Assembly (NCBI GenBank): GCA_951406725.2
Contig: OX597815.1
Location: 188,232,001 to 188,296,000 of the forward strand
Source of the DNA: Octopus vulgaris
Lineage: Eukaryota
DNA: 64,000 bases
Direction: 5' to 3'
A program made the position numbers and the translations under genes. Under the pieces are notes generated by a model, which saw nothing but the letters and a program-made list of their open reading frames with translations, did no database searches and was not told the DNA's origin. Each line of letters starts with the position of its first letter. The first letter of the stretch is position 1. Below, piece by piece: positions 36,286 to 51,135 of the stretch.

Positions 36286-37399
36286 TTAAATGAGTAGGTG
36301 GTGATTGGCAGAGTTGTTAGAACACTGGATAAAATGACTTGTATGTTTGGGGTTCAATTCTCACTGAGATCAACTTTGCCTTTCGTCCTTTCAAAACCAA
36401 TAAAATAATAAAGTGACATTCAAGTAATACATCAATTTTAAACAATTATATTTCTTCCTCAAAATACGTGGGCCTTGCTCCCACGCTAGAGATCCTTTAA
36501 ATAATTCTGTAGATTTCCCATTCCACTCATGGTATATGAAAATGCAATATTTCGTTGATTCTCACCATTATAATTATTAACTCTGATTCATTTGTTCAAT
36601 CCCTGAATGACTGCATCCCTCTAATAATAACACAGATGGATGGATTCAATTCCCAGAAATTTCTAGTAAAAGCAATAATAGTTTTCTTAACAGTTATTCG
36701 ATGATACTTCAACATCACAATAGCAATACTGTCTTTCTCAAGTGACTTTCTTGAATTCTTTGTCTCTAAAGTCTTTATAATCTCTTTATCACCCAGAGCA
36801 GTCTCTGTAGCTTTCTTAATCTATATTTGTGATAATTTCTGATTGAATGTTTCATTCACTATCAGTGATCTGTTAAGAAGTATATCAAAATACTCTATCC
36901 TTGATAAGTAATCTCTTTAGAACCTGAAATGCTTCTAAAATAATTACATGATTCCACAGGCATAAATGCTATTGATAAATTTCATATCTTATTAAGGAGA
37001 TACACTTCTTATTAAGTATCAAGAATTTCTAATATTGCTAATTGCACAAATGTATCTGATTCAATAGTCCCTCATTTATCTTAAAGATCACGTAATCCTC
37101 TATAAAACAATGATATGACAAGTATTAGATGTAAGCATAGTCTTTAAGACAGTTCTTAAAAGTTAAAACTTCTATAAAGATTCTAGTAATTTAACAAGTC
37201 TGTGCATTGAGATTTTCATTCAAGTGATGTGCTATCTTGACAATACTTATCACACCAACCTCCTCTGTCATCCTTTCCATTTTTTTTATTCTATTATTTG
37301 TCAGTTATTTTTCATAGTTTACACGCAGCTTACACTGCAGGACATTTCACTCATCTGCTATCGACTGACAATCACTACAATTTCAGCATTCTTCGACAG

Positions 37400-37809
37400 C
37401 CTCACTCTCTTCCACTCACTTTCTTTCTCTTCCTCTCTCTTCCACATCTTCCTCTCTCTTCCCTCTTCTCTCTTCCTCTCTCTTCCACTCTCTTCCTCTC
37501 TCTTCCACTCTTTTCCACTCTCTTTCTTTCTCTTCCACTCTCTTCCCCTCTCTCTTCCTCTCTCTTCCACTCTCTTCCACTCTCTTCCTCTCTCTTCCGC
37601 TCTATTCCTCTCTTTTCCACTCTCTTTCTTTCTCTTCCACTCTCTTCCTATCTCTCCCACTCTCTCTTCCTCTCTCTTCCACTCACTTCCTCTCTCTTCC
37701 TCTCTCTCCCACTCTCTCTTCCTCTCTCTTCCTCTCTCTTCCACTCTCTTCCTCTCTCCCCACTCTCTCTTCCTCTCTCTTCCCCTCTCTTCCCCTCTCT
37801 TCCTCCCTC

Positions 37810-37845
<36 letters not shown>
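37400..37845. repeat. Polypyrimidine (CTCTTCC/CT)n tract
   Basis: Direct reading. Confidence 0.95.
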
Positions 37846-37848
<3 letters not shown>

Positions 37849-38787
37849 AGCAGTGTCAAGCAACACTGATGCTATCAGTGAATGTCCAGGTTATTTTGGC
37901 ACAGACTGTAGTACTCTTCTCTTCCTCTCTTATCCATTCATCCATCACATCAAACTGGGGGGGGGGGCAAATAATAATCATTCCAACTATGCAGAAACAA
38001 TTTTGTTTTACTACTTGCTAAGGATTTGTTCTTTGCTCTCCACTTTGGTCTTCCTCTCGCATGCCATATATATTTAATGGAGCTTACTCAAAGCTTAACG
38101 TCAATATGCTACATTTGGAACACATAAATATGTCATTCACATTCAAAAATGCTTCTTTGCCAGAGTTTCCTCGAGTTCCTGTCCTTCTCTCTTATTTTCA
38201 TATTCAAATTTTCTTTGATTCTAATGGGAATTTAATTCAAAAATTCGGTACTTTAAGGGAAATAAAAATCAAGGAAAATATTTTCTTCCCTTCTCGTTTT
38301 ACTCCAGTAATACTCATACGTATAAGGAGGTCAATGATTGGCATGAGAATGCATCACAGTAGTCTTAAATGAATTATGTTTTGGCTTCTTTCACTGCAGA
38401 ATATAACTATAGCTATTCTTGTTGCCTTTGCAATGACATTTCGAAATGTCAATATCTATTATTACTCTGGTGTTAAAATCTAGGAGAATTATTTGGTCAT
38501 CAATTATACAATAATATTATACTTCTTTATATCCTAATCTATGGCAAATTTATCACATACTCCCTCATGTTGCATACATACTCTCTTCAAATACAACCAA
38601 CATCAGTATTTGTACCTGTTATACATATATATATATGTGTGTGTGTGTGTATCTTGGTTTACATGAATAACTAAAGACATTTGTACAGTTAAGCAGAAAT
38701 TACAAATTATCTGTTGCTCTTTCTCCCCTTCTCTCCCCCTCTCACTTTCTCTCTCTCTTTCTGTAATTGTGTAATGTATGTGTATGC

Positions 38788-38860
<73 letters not shown>

Positions 38861-39804
38861 CATACACATATATAAGTATATTTATACATATGTGTGTATT
38901 CATAAAGACACACATCATCATCATCATTGCTTAACATCCGCTTTCCATGCTGGCATGCGGTGTTTGACTGAAAACTGGTAAGCCGGGAGGGAGGGGGTGG
39001 CTGCACCAGGTTCCAATCTGATTTGGCAAGGTTACTACAGCTGGATGCCCTTCCTAATGCCAACCACTCCAAGAGTGTAGTGGGTGATTTTTATGTGCCA
39101 ATCTATAAGGGTCTTAATCAATATTATGTTGCAGCTTGGGCAGACCCAGCAGTTGCTTTGAATTCCATGGATTTAGGGGCTCACTGCTAATCTAGAATGT
39201 TATGGCTGTCTATGTAGGGGCTCTGATGCATTGTTCACCAAGAGGCCTTGTAACCCTGCTAAGGCAACTTTGGTCATAATTAACAGATAAATTGATAATA
39301 AATAGCATTGGATTTCCTATGTTCTATGTCCAGTCCACTGCATGATGAAGGCCTCAGCATGTTCTCTTCACCATGAGATCATACTAGTTAGATGAGCCTA
39401 ATTTGCTACCCTGTCTTGACATGGCTTGGCAGGAGGGTGCAATCTTTTATATGCTTACCCAGGCGTAGTTATGTCAACTGCATCGACCCCAGTGCTCAAC
39501 TAGTTGTGGTGATAAACAACTTGAAATAGCTTACAATATATGTGAAAGAAATTCTGAAAGTTAGAGTTAAAAAGATTGACAGATATTAACAACATATTCT
39601 CTATTTTCTAATAATTTCTGATAATTATTTTCTGATAATTTCTAATATTTTCTCACAAATTTCTGATAATATGATAATGATGTACTGGCAATATTGAATT
39701 CATGTAATATCTGTGACTTATTTTTTTATCAATTTATATTGTATTTGCTGTTGCTAATTATAGATTTTCAATGGAATATTCACTTACTCAGTACATTCCT
39801 GATG

Positions 39805-40440
39805 TGAAGGGATGTGGTTTAGAATTTAGGATATTCAGCTCATCATTGTAAGGTTGCAGGATCAATTCCTGGTCCCCCCACTGTATCTTTGAGTAAGACT
39901 CTTATTTCTCTTAGCTTCACTCCACTCAGTTGGCAAAAATAAATTATACCTGTTATTCAAAAGAGCCAGGCTCGCCCCATCCTGTGTCACTCCAAATCTC
40001 CCTGAGAACTTCAGGAGTACTCAGCCACTTGCAGCTTAATTCCAAGAGCAGGTTGTTTCCTTTATTTGATCAGCTGGATCTCTTACCTTCATAACCAATG
40101 GAGCATCAGAATTTTAGTGAAGACACATGGCTTAGTGGTTAAGGTATTCAGCCCATGATTCTGAGATCATGAGTTCGATTCCTGGTGGGGCATTGTATCC
40201 TTAAGCAAGACACTTTATTTCATGCTATTCCAGTTCATTCAGTTGGCAAAATTGAGTTCTACCTGTATTTCAAAGGCTCAGCTTTGTCACATTCTGTGTC
40301 ATTCTGAACCCCACTGAGAACTATATTAAGGGTTCGTGTGTCTGAGTAGTGCTCATTCACATGCACATTAATTTAAGGAGCAGGCTCTTCCGTTGATCAG
40401 ATCAATTGCAATACTTGTCGTTGTAACTGATGCGGAGCCA
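39805..40440 (+). mobile_element. Two tandem old tRNA-derived SINEs
   Basis: TGGCTTAGTGG / GAGTTCGATTCC boxes followed by AGCAAGACACTTTATTTC, as in family C, but with a different 3' half. Confidence 0.65.
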
Positions 40441-41168
40441 GGTGCATTTTTGATGGCAAGAGGTACAAAGGAATGTCTTTGAAATTTGGGTGGAACAAAT
40501 ACTATACAGAGTATTTGAAAACACAGTCCTTTTGATTCTAGGATCTGGCAGGAAGCCTGCAGGGAAACCATAGTTGGTTCCAGGACAGGGAAATATGGTT
40601 GCAAAAATTCAAAAGATATTTATATCTACCAAATTCACTCACGAGGCTTTTGTTGGCCTGAGGCTACAGTAGAAGATACTTGCCCCAAGGTGCCACACAG
40701 TGGCACTGAACCCAGAACCATGTGCCATGCAGTGTGACTGAACCTGGAACCATGTGGTTGGGAAGCAAGCTTCTTACCACACAGCCATGTCTGAACCTAT
40801 ATATATATATATAAACAAAATCAAACACACAAGCACAAGATAGGTGTATTATTGTTAGTTAGTGGGTCAGCTGCAGCTTTTAGGCATAAGAGAATATATT
40901 CTCTATGCACCTGGTGTAAGTTATAGTTATGTGAGACAATTTACATCAGATCTCTTCTCGGAATGACAGATGTCAGTGTTTCATCATTGTTTTGACTTAT
41001 CAGTGCCACATACCAAACAAGGCTTACAGCAAGCTATATTGCCAACTATATACAGATAGTGAGGGATTACTGTATGTATATATATATATATATAACTTTT
41101 TAAAAAGGTTCCTACCGATAATGGTTATATTTCCATAGCGAAATTAATAATTATTTTCCCTTATATTA

Positions 41169-41234
<66 letters not shown>

Positions 41235-42167
41235 CGTGTATGTTGGCCTGCTCGCTTAGCCAGCGGGGTGGCGTCATTCGAAGGCTAAAACAATGCGAAC
41301 GCATTGTGACCAGCGATGTGTAACAACATCTGATGGTCTGGTCGGTCACGTGATCACGTGATATGTGTATGTATTGGAATTTATCTGTAAATATAAGATT
41401 TTCATAGCATTTTTTTTGATGGCCCAATAACTGAAGAGATGCTAGCGTGGGTTTCTGTCCCAACATCTGAAACTCGGAATGGCTACCGAATAATTGTCAC
41501 ATATTACTTTCACAGATAAATTTCTCTATTTACATAATATCGAGATCTCTTTCATTCTTTTTTTGTCTTGCCATTTCTATCAATATGTGTGTATGTGTGT
41601 GTGTGTGTGTGCGTGTGTATATATATATATATTTGTATATATGTATATTCATATATATACGACAAGAAATAATTTTTGCCTCCTTTTATGCACGCACACA
41701 GACACACACACACAGACACACACACACATATATTTGATAGTCTTTGTGAAGATTACTTAATAGAGTTTTTAAGTACGAAGAAGATTTTTAAAAAAAATTA
41801 TTTTTTTAATGTTAAAAATCTTTTATTAGGATGTTACTAACCTCTTTTGGCAGAAGTTCTTTTCCTAGCGTGTATGTGAGCACTTTTAATTTACCTCTTC
41901 AAACGAACATGTCATTTATATATATATATATATATATATTGATGAATAGTCTCAGGTGAATTCAGAGAAATATATTTTGTATTGTATTGTACAATGCTGA
42001 GCATGCATATTAACGCTCATACATATGCATGCTTGCTTCCACACTGAAATTAATACTAAATGAAATAGGTTGCAAAATGGTCATAATCCTAAGGATGTCA
42101 CGTGCTTAAATAAATATATATTCACTTCTCATTCCTCCTGACCCTTATTGTTCATATATATAAAAGA

Positions 42168-42482
42168 TAATCTTTATGTCCGACTTAATATGGATGTTTT
42201 GTTAGGACACTGAATACTAATTTGTGATTAGTATTGAGAGATCATCTCTTTTAGGTGCTTGGTGCATAAAAGTGCATACATAGAATGTAGCAGACAAGAA
42301 CCATTTGTCATGGGCACCAGAATTCCTATATCTTGTGATTTCATTCTACTGGGTTGATAAAATAAGTATGAGCTAAGCACTGGCTTATCAGTGTTATCAA
42401 CCTTGAGAGGATCTCTCAAGACTAATAAGGCAGTTTTCATTGATTTAACAAGACATCTATATTAAGTTGGATATAATGATTA
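42168..42482. mobile_element. Old MITE with ~37-bp TIRs (related copy ~31940-32166)
   Basis: taatctttatgtccgacttaatatggatgttttgtta / taacaagacatctatattaagttggatataatgatta. Confidence 0.5.
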
Positions 42483-42516
42483 CTTTTTGGTATTAATACT
42501 GATCTTGTCACTAATA

Positions 42517-43038
42517 CCGTAAATCCTTGAGTATAATCGGCATTTTTTTCCCAAAATTTAAAGGTCAAAATCCCTAGTGCGTACTATATATGAGGTTAAA
42601 AAGGAAAAATATTCTATAAGCAATGTCCAAGTCTCTATTTGCTGTCCGGCAATGCTTATTCAGACGCATTTTGTGATGTCGGGCACGAAAATACATTAAG
42701 CTAAGCCTAAAAGCAATGAAGTCATAAAAGAATCATCCATAACTTACAATAAGCAACATTTATTAAAATAAAAGTATTGAGAACACAGAATAACATGTAA
42801 CAAAAACAATTTGCAAACATATTTACATTCCCATATAATAGTTAAGAACATCACCATTATTGTATAACGCATGTGCAGAAGTGTTTGTTCGACTAGATGC
42901 TGCTGGCTTAATTGCGCACGACTCAAGTTAGAGAAGGGGTGCGTATTATACACAAGGTTTAGGTTTTTTTGAAGTACAGCCCCCTAAAAATCCCCTGCGT
43001 ATTATACTCAAGAGCGGACTATACTCGATGATTTACAG
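42517..43038. mobile_element. Tc1/mariner-superfamily (pogo/Tc2-like) MITE
   Basis: TA|CCGTAAATCCTTGAGTATA ... TATACTCGATGATTTACAG|TA. Confidence 0.85.
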
Positions 43039-43788
43039 TAATTAATAAATGCATATTTACATATACCATACACTATGAATAAGGCATTGCCCAATCCAAA
43101 GCTATTATGAAATAATTGGAAAAAAGGTAGGTTTAAGTTCCCTAATTTCTGTCTGTCACTCATGCTACAGGACAAAAAGGGTAGTGAATATTATTGTCAA
43201 GTTCATAAGGGGCCAAACAGTGAGGTGGAACCTGGGGTCAAAGCAGTTACATAGAAAATTTCTTAACCATACAACCTTGCTTATAGGTTGAAAATATGTA
43301 AAAGCTGTATTTGACAGAGCAGGTTTTATGTGGTGTATATACTTATATTATCAGATTTAATCTTCTTTCCTCTTGATTCTTTTGAATGTTTACATTTCTG
43401 AAGCATACCAGCATTTTGTAATTTGTAATAGAAGTCAAAGAGATTTCAAATAACTTTTGTGTTTACAAAATATATCTTTCAAAGAGAGCAAAAACACATG
43501 CAAAAAAATTGTCAGGGTTTCTTGAACAAAGGAAAAAAATAATTTAGCTGGTTGCTGACTCAGTTATTTTCATAATTATTTCATACTCTGATATCAGTTC
43601 TTTTTTTTTAATGACCTAACCATTTCCTTAGAATCTGAAGTAATGCATGCACACACACACACACACACATGCACACACACACACACACACACTTACATAC
43701 ACACACACTCACATGTAAACACACATGCTCACACACATGCACAAGAATATTCTGATTATCGACAATTTCAGTATTTAGTAGCAGGAGA

Positions 43789-43839
<51 letters not shown>

Positions 43840-45180
43840 GGGGAGAGAGAGCATATGAAATATATAATGAATAAATTTAGATAAACTAAAGTTATTGTTT
43901 GAATATCTGAGATGAAGAATTCTCAATACTAGTTTGATACCTGTCACTTTGTTAATGGTAAACAATTCAAATAGAAATTGTTTGTCCTGTTAAAATGACA
44001 CCTTTAATATAAAATATATTCAATTTCAAAATAAAGAGTATTTGAAAGAAATTAGAAACTTATTAACTTTGCTGCTATTTTCATTTTCAGAAACATAGAT
44101 GTTATATGATGTGCAATTTAATTGGGTAAATATTCTATGATAATTTTATCTGCAATAATAATGTAACATTTCAATGAAATATCTTAGCAAGAATTTTCAT
44201 TATACATAAACAAAGTGGTAAATGATAAGTTTCAGTAAGCTATTTTCATGACTTTTATTTAAATAAAATTTCACAAATGTTGCGCTTCAATAAATATTTA
44301 AGTGGAAAATAATATTTTTATCCTACCAACAGTAGAATTGACTGTTTTCCTAACTGAAAATTTTTGTAAACTAGTTTAAAGCCTTGTCAAAAAGAAGTAG
44401 TATTTAAGTGATGAAAGGAACTGCATTGAATAAATTAGTTTATATGAACAATTGTTTCAGATACTAACGAGTCTGGTATACAAACTGTTAAATATTTAAT
44501 GATCAATTAAAATAATTATGGCTTTAAAATGAAACAAAATAAAATAACATCTTGAGCAAGAGTCTTCTATAGCCTCAGGCCAACCAAAGCCTTTTGAGTG
44601 GATTTGGTTGACAGAAGCTGTAAGACAACTCTTGTATATATGTGTATGTTTGTTTTTGTCCCTGTCCCCGTCCATTACTTCCCAACTGGTGTTGGTGTGT
44701 TTATGTCCTTGTAACTTAGTGGTTTGGCAAAAAAATACCAATAGAATAAGTACCAGGCTTTAAAGAATAAAAGTACTGGGGTTGATTCACTCAACAAAAC
44801 ATTCTTGGACATGGTGCTTCCAGCATGGCCACAGTCTAATGACTGAACTGAGTAAAAGATATAAGATAAAAAAATATATATCTTTATCTTTTATTTGTTT
44901 CAGTCTCTGGACTGCAGCCAAGCTGGGGCACCTACATGAAGGGTTTTGTCAATTCATTTGATTAAAAATTCTTGAAGGTGGCGCCCCAGCATGGCCACAG
45001 TCTAATGACTGGAACAATTAAAAAATCAAAGATAAAGCAGAGTAATCTTTTTAGTCATGGCACAGATAACCTGTCTAGCATCAGTGATATGTCGATACAT
45101 ATCGAGTTGCACAACCAAATGGTGTTTGTCTATTCTTTATGCAGAGTCTGACCACCTCTTGTACTTACACCTTAGATCCA

Positions 45181-45438
45181 CTATGGCATCTTTAAACCAG
45201 ATAATGTATTGAAAAGACACCCACATAAATTGCATATCTGCTTTGGACAACCATGAGCTGCAGTTAAGTTCTGATCTTTGTGAATCTTAAGATGTCTTTT
45301 GAGGCCTCCGTTAGATTTGCAGACCTTATGGCATACACGGTATTGATAGGTTTGCACAGGTATATAGGCAGAGTAATTGGTGGAGGTTCGTTTTTCATGG
45401 GTCCACAAATGAGATCTGAGCCCAGCAAAAGTAAGTAC
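45181..45438 (-). pseudogene. Decayed three-C2H2-finger fragment, probably the C-terminus of an RTE-type LINE ORF2
   Basis: ..FAGLRSHLWTH..YQYRVCHKVCKSNGGLKRHLKIH..ICNLCGCLFNTLSGLK; no TGEKP linkers. Confidence 0.6.
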
Positions 45439-46884
45439 ACTGTTGCTATATATACCTATATGCTAGATAATGAAGGACTGTATCAGATGAAGGCATCAAA
45501 AAGCAAAAAAAAAAAAAAAATTACATAAAATGATGGTAAATATTCAAATAGATATTTGATAATTCTTTCTGGAAATAATTTTTCTGTTTTCATGAGTAAC
45601 AATCATAAGCAAAACATGATTTTAGGTTGTGCTTTGTGCTTATTTAAATTATGATTTTTATAGTGAATATGGGGTCCAGTTAGAGTACAAAATACTGTTT
45701 AGGCTTTTCTTAAAGAAGTTAGAAAAATTCTGTGAAATAGCTCAAACTATAAAAAGAAAATAAATTAAAATAATTACTCTGTTGAGAATTGAACTCTCCA
45801 TCATATACTTCTGGAGTATAGCGTTTTCAACCTAGTTAAAAATTCATCATTTTATTTTGTACTGACAGAGTTCATTGATAATTTAATTGATGTTTTAAAA
45901 CAGAATTCTAGAATTTTAAAATTCTTTATAAATAATAAATGCAGTCTTCCTCAAAAATTGGAATTTAAAAATGTCTAACAAATTTTACGTGTACTCTTTT
46001 ATTATCAACTAAATTAAATCACAAGTTTGGAATATGGCCATAACTCTTTCGCACATGACTCTTTGAAATAAAAGCTTCTTGGGGGCAAAAAAAAACAAAA
46101 TGCTCCTAAATTTATTCAACACCAAATTTTTATTTATTTATTTTTTGTCTGTTTCATAAAATATTGCCTCGCTGTTTTCTGAAACAATATTTCCAGAAAA
46201 TGTAGAGTGCGAAGTCTGAACAAAATCTCAGTGATCAAAATAAGATGAAGAATAAATATAAGTGCTATCAAACCGAAAGGAATTAAAATTATGGTATTTG
46301 AAATGAAATATGAGAGTATGGAATGGAAAAATTGGATATAAAACACTTGTACAAAGGAAAACATTTTGAAACGTGAATGGAAATACATGTAAATTGATAA
46401 ATTAGCTAGCAAAATTCATATGTTGAGAAAGAAAAAAATTAGCAAAGGCAATAACAAAATAGATATGACTAGAGTAAAAAAGAATATTATTTGGAAATGA
46501 AAAGCCAATGTATATCTATAAACAATATCAATATTCTATTTAGAGATCAAAGAGTTCACTATTTCACTTGGCACCTTTGCATCAGCATATTTATTAGATG
46601 ATTTCCATTAATGTCTGGAAAATCTAATTCTGAAATAGTTATCAGAAAATTTATTCAAAACTTTACGCAAGGATTAAAATATATTTATACACACATACTT
46701 TTAACTTCCAATCTGGTAACCAGATCAAATTTCTTTCTTGTGCCATAAGAGGCAGACAATTTTTAATAATTTCATTTTCAGGTTTTATTCTGATTTTTAT
46801 CATATATGTTTATATATATATATATTTACATACATACATACATGCATACATATATATATAAATATATCTATATCTATATCTATA

Positions 46885-46930
<46 letters not shown>

Positions 46931-48068
46931 TACATCATTGTCATAATTTTTATGTCTACTTTTTCCATACTGGCATGGAAGACTTACTCAGGCATTATTC
47001 TACAGCTGGATGCTCTTTCTGCAGCCAACCCTGACTTGTTTCTTCAATAAAGTATTTTTTATTCACACATCAAAACTGATGAATCCATCAACCTTTGGAA
47101 CATATTGTTTAGAGTCACATTAATAAATATCCCTGTTGTTCATGTAGGTTCAATGTGAAGACATGTGGTGGTACACATGCATGTGTACATACATCGTTAT
47201 ACATTCCTGGCTTCTGCACATGTTGTTGCAGTGTGCTGACTTTTTATTCACTTGGACACCCCAACCGTTATTTCCATGAAAAACATTTGAATTATGATTT
47301 AAATTAAAATTATAAACTGCTTCTACAATGAAGTACAATATCTTTTCCTTTTGTGATCACTTCTGTGGCAATTTCATTTTACCTAGCTCTGAAATATATT
47401 GTTTTTCAACACTATACATCTTTAAACGATTTTTCCTGATTAAAAAACTGCAACTTCAGACATTTAACCATATAACACTGGAAGCAGAAACAGCTGTTAG
47501 ATGGGATACAATCTATTTGTATTGAATTAAAAACATAATAATTTATATAAGCCAATTGTTGTTGATCAATATTTCTCCATTTTCTTTTTATTTTAATTTC
47601 GTTCTTGGATTTGGTTTGCAAGATTCTATATATATGAATTCGTATGTTGAAGCATATTCTGTTGTGTCTGGGAAGAGTAATTTTCTTTTTGTGCCTTATA
47701 ATGTAACACACTCACCAGTAAAATTTCCACTTATTTCTTATTTTTATTTTCCTAAAATTTTCGTTGTGTCTTGCAACCTTTTCAATAGTCTTGATTCCTG
47801 ATAAGCTCATGTTTATCTTCGTCATTACTTGTAACCTATAAGCATATCCAGCCCAAATATTTTACCTGCTTTATGCTCAAACTGGCCAGATTTAGCCTCT
47901 CACACTTACTCAACCATGTCATTTTAAAAATAAATATTCAAGTCATTGAAATCTCAAAGCTATGATGCATGATTAATTTTTTAAAAATTTGAATAAACAA
48001 GCATTATTATTTAACAGAGTAATGCTAAAAGATAAAACAACAGGCATGTTAAGTGTTTTGTTGATACC

Positions 48069-48481
48069 TATTTCTTTACTACCCACAAGGGGCTAAACAC
48101 AGAGGGGACAAACAAGGACAGACAAACGGATTAAGTCGATTATATCAACCCCAGTGCATGACTGGTACTTATTTAATCGACCCCAAAAGGATGAAAGGCA
48201 AAGTCGACCTCAGCAGAATTTGAACTCAGAATGTAGTGGCAGACGAAATACCTATTTCTTTATTAACCACAAGGGACTAAACATAGAGGGGACAAACAAG
48301 GACAAAGGTATTGAGTCGATTACATCGACCCCAGTGCGTAACTGGTACTTAATTTATCGACTCCAAAAGGATGAAAGGCAAAGTCGACCTCTGCGGAATT
48401 TGAACTCAGAACATAGCGGCAGACGAAATACTGCTAAGCATTTCGCCTGACGTGCGAACGCTTCTGCCAGTTCGCCGCCTT
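48069..48481 (-). mobile_element. Dimeric family-B SINE
   Basis: TSD TTTTGTTGATACC (48056-48068 and 48486-48498). Confidence 0.9.
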
Positions 48482-48731
48482 CGTATTTTGTTGATACCAT
48501 ATGTGTGTATGTGTGTGTGTATGTGTGTCTATTTTCAACCATTACAGAAAAGCTTCATTCAAATAAAATGCTAATCATAATATTAAAAAAAATAAAATTA
48601 ATGATTCTAAATTGAAGATGTATTGAAAATATATTGAATTTCTGGTAATTTCTACCAATTTCAGAATTTGTTGAATATACTAGAATAATTTCTTCAGCAC
48701 TTACTCTTAGCACACAGAACGTTTTGTGTGT

Positions 48732-48765
<34 letters not shown>

Positions 48766-49077
48766 GAGAAAGAGAGAGAGAGTGAAAGAGAGAGTGCACT
48801 ACTTATTATTCATAATTTCTCTATTGATATCCAATATCCATTTGTGTTAATCTCTTTGCTCCCCTTTCCCCTCTTTTCTCTCCACATACAAAGCATTGTT
48901 TTATAAGCAGTCAGGCCAGGTCATTCATTTGCCAACCATAGAATTGGTAGCAAGAAGTGTTGTTTTTTTTTTTTAGTTCTTTATTACACTAGATGCCCCT
49001 GACTTTCTAGATTGTATTCTTCTGCCAAATTTACATCTAGCTTTACATGTCTTCTGTGTCAGTATATTGACGGCTGT

Positions 49078-49594
<517 letters not shown>

Positions 49595-49839
49595 AAATAC
49601 TTTTTTGTTGCTCATTTCTCACCTTTTTTTTTATCTATTTATATTTTGCTTAATGTTTTTTTTGCTGATCTTTCTGGTAATTCTAAACTTGTAATTTACT
49701 CTCACACTGAGAACCACTTCAGGGAAGATGTATATGTTCTGGAGGAGTCACAGTTAAGAGCTTTACTTTGAACTGCAAAATATGCAGGAGGGAACAATGC
49801 CTTCAATATTTTTCCACACAATATAAGAAAGACTGCATT

Positions 49840-50346
49840 ATGGGGAGGTGTTGAAAAGTTTGGGTAAAAAAAAAAATACAGGAAGATCAGTTAATTATGA
49901 TTTTATTTAACATATTCCCAGTGGTGGACTGGGTCTAAAAATATTGATTGCCAGGAGACTACAAAGGGGGTCCACCTGCAACTAAAATGCTATCATGTAA
50001 TTTTTTTTTTTGTTAAAAGTATTCTTTTCAACTGTCTACAAACACAGCCAGGCTGAAATAATTAATGCCTTCTTCCAAGAGTGAATAAAAAGATGATCAA
50101 ACTTGAGGGGATGTTCCCCTTAGATACTAACATATATGGATTCTAATGGCGCAGGGGCTCACTTGCTATCAGGCAAGCTGGCAACCTGGCCGGTCTGCCG
50201 CTGCATATTCCTCTCTCAGATTCACACATTTATTGCAGTTGTTCTTCAGTTTTTCTAAACCCTGTAAAAGAACTCAGAATGTTGGGCCTCTAGCCAGGCC
50301 CATTGCGATACTCTTAAAACCAGGAACTTTTCAGCATCCCCTCATA
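49840..50346. mobile_element. Mariner-type MITE carrying a nested hAT MITE
   Basis: Colinear with 9627-9828; right TIR CCAGGAACTTTTCAGCATCCCCTCA|TA. Confidence 0.75.
49919..50203. mobile_element. hAT-type MITE
   Basis: 8-bp TSD CATATTCC (49911-49918 and 50204-50211); TIRs CAGTGGTGGACTGG / CCGGTCTGCCGCTG. Confidence 0.85.
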
Positions 50347-50939
50347 CTTGATATCATCTTAATTTTTTTGAAGATGATATGGAATGATCTGAGTGGGATT
50401 TGGCTGCTTTTTCTAGCAGCTCAAGCTACTATATATAGGCTCCTCTTGTAATTCCTATTGTGTCTTAATCAAACCCCACTTTGATAAATCACAGTGCTGC
50501 AATCCTCTTGGACTGTTTCTCCTGTCCAAAGTGTCATTTATTTATTTATTTATGTTTTGGCAGTTATCCCCAATTAGGGGCTAAGTAAAAGCAGCAGAGG
50601 TTCAAGCCCACATGTAAATAACAGAATTCATTATGGACTTTATCCTAAAGCCAATGTTCAAGCTGAAAATGAACTGCTTCACTATTTTCAGTCTGGAAAT
50701 GGTTGTGATGATCATGGCCATTTCCCTTCAACTGTGATCAAACAACAAAAAATAAATAAAGAAAAATATTTTAAAAAGGCATGGCTCTGTGGTAAGACGC
50801 TTACTGCCCAACCACATGGTCCCAGGTTCACTCCCACTGAATGACACCTTGGACAAATGTCTTCTATTATAGCCTTCAGCTGACTAAAGCCTTGAGTGGG
50901 TTTGGTAGACAGAATGTGAAAGAAACCTTGTAACTACCA

Positions 50940-51135
50940 GTGGATTGTTGGTGATTTTTTTTTACCTCCATCTTCCTTTTCTTTTGGACTTTCCCCTGTC
51001 TCATGTTACTGAAGGAGAGCTTTGCTTGAAATGTAAAGCACCCTTTCTTTCCTTCCCTGAGCATCTTGCTAATACTTTGCATGTGCCACAAGCTTGCATT
51101 GTTGTTCTTGTGTTTTTCTCCAGTTTTTTTATTAA
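50940..51135 (+). mobile_element. Degenerate copy of the ~200-bp hammerhead element
   Basis: CTGAAGGA-GAGC-ttt-GCTT-GAAA at 51009-51031; colinear with 23233-23437. Confidence 0.65.

Noticed and set aside
37224-38077. S/L/F-rich and E/R-rich ORFs
   Set aside because: Polypyrimidine repeat; flanks may be a very old RT remnant but too decayed to call
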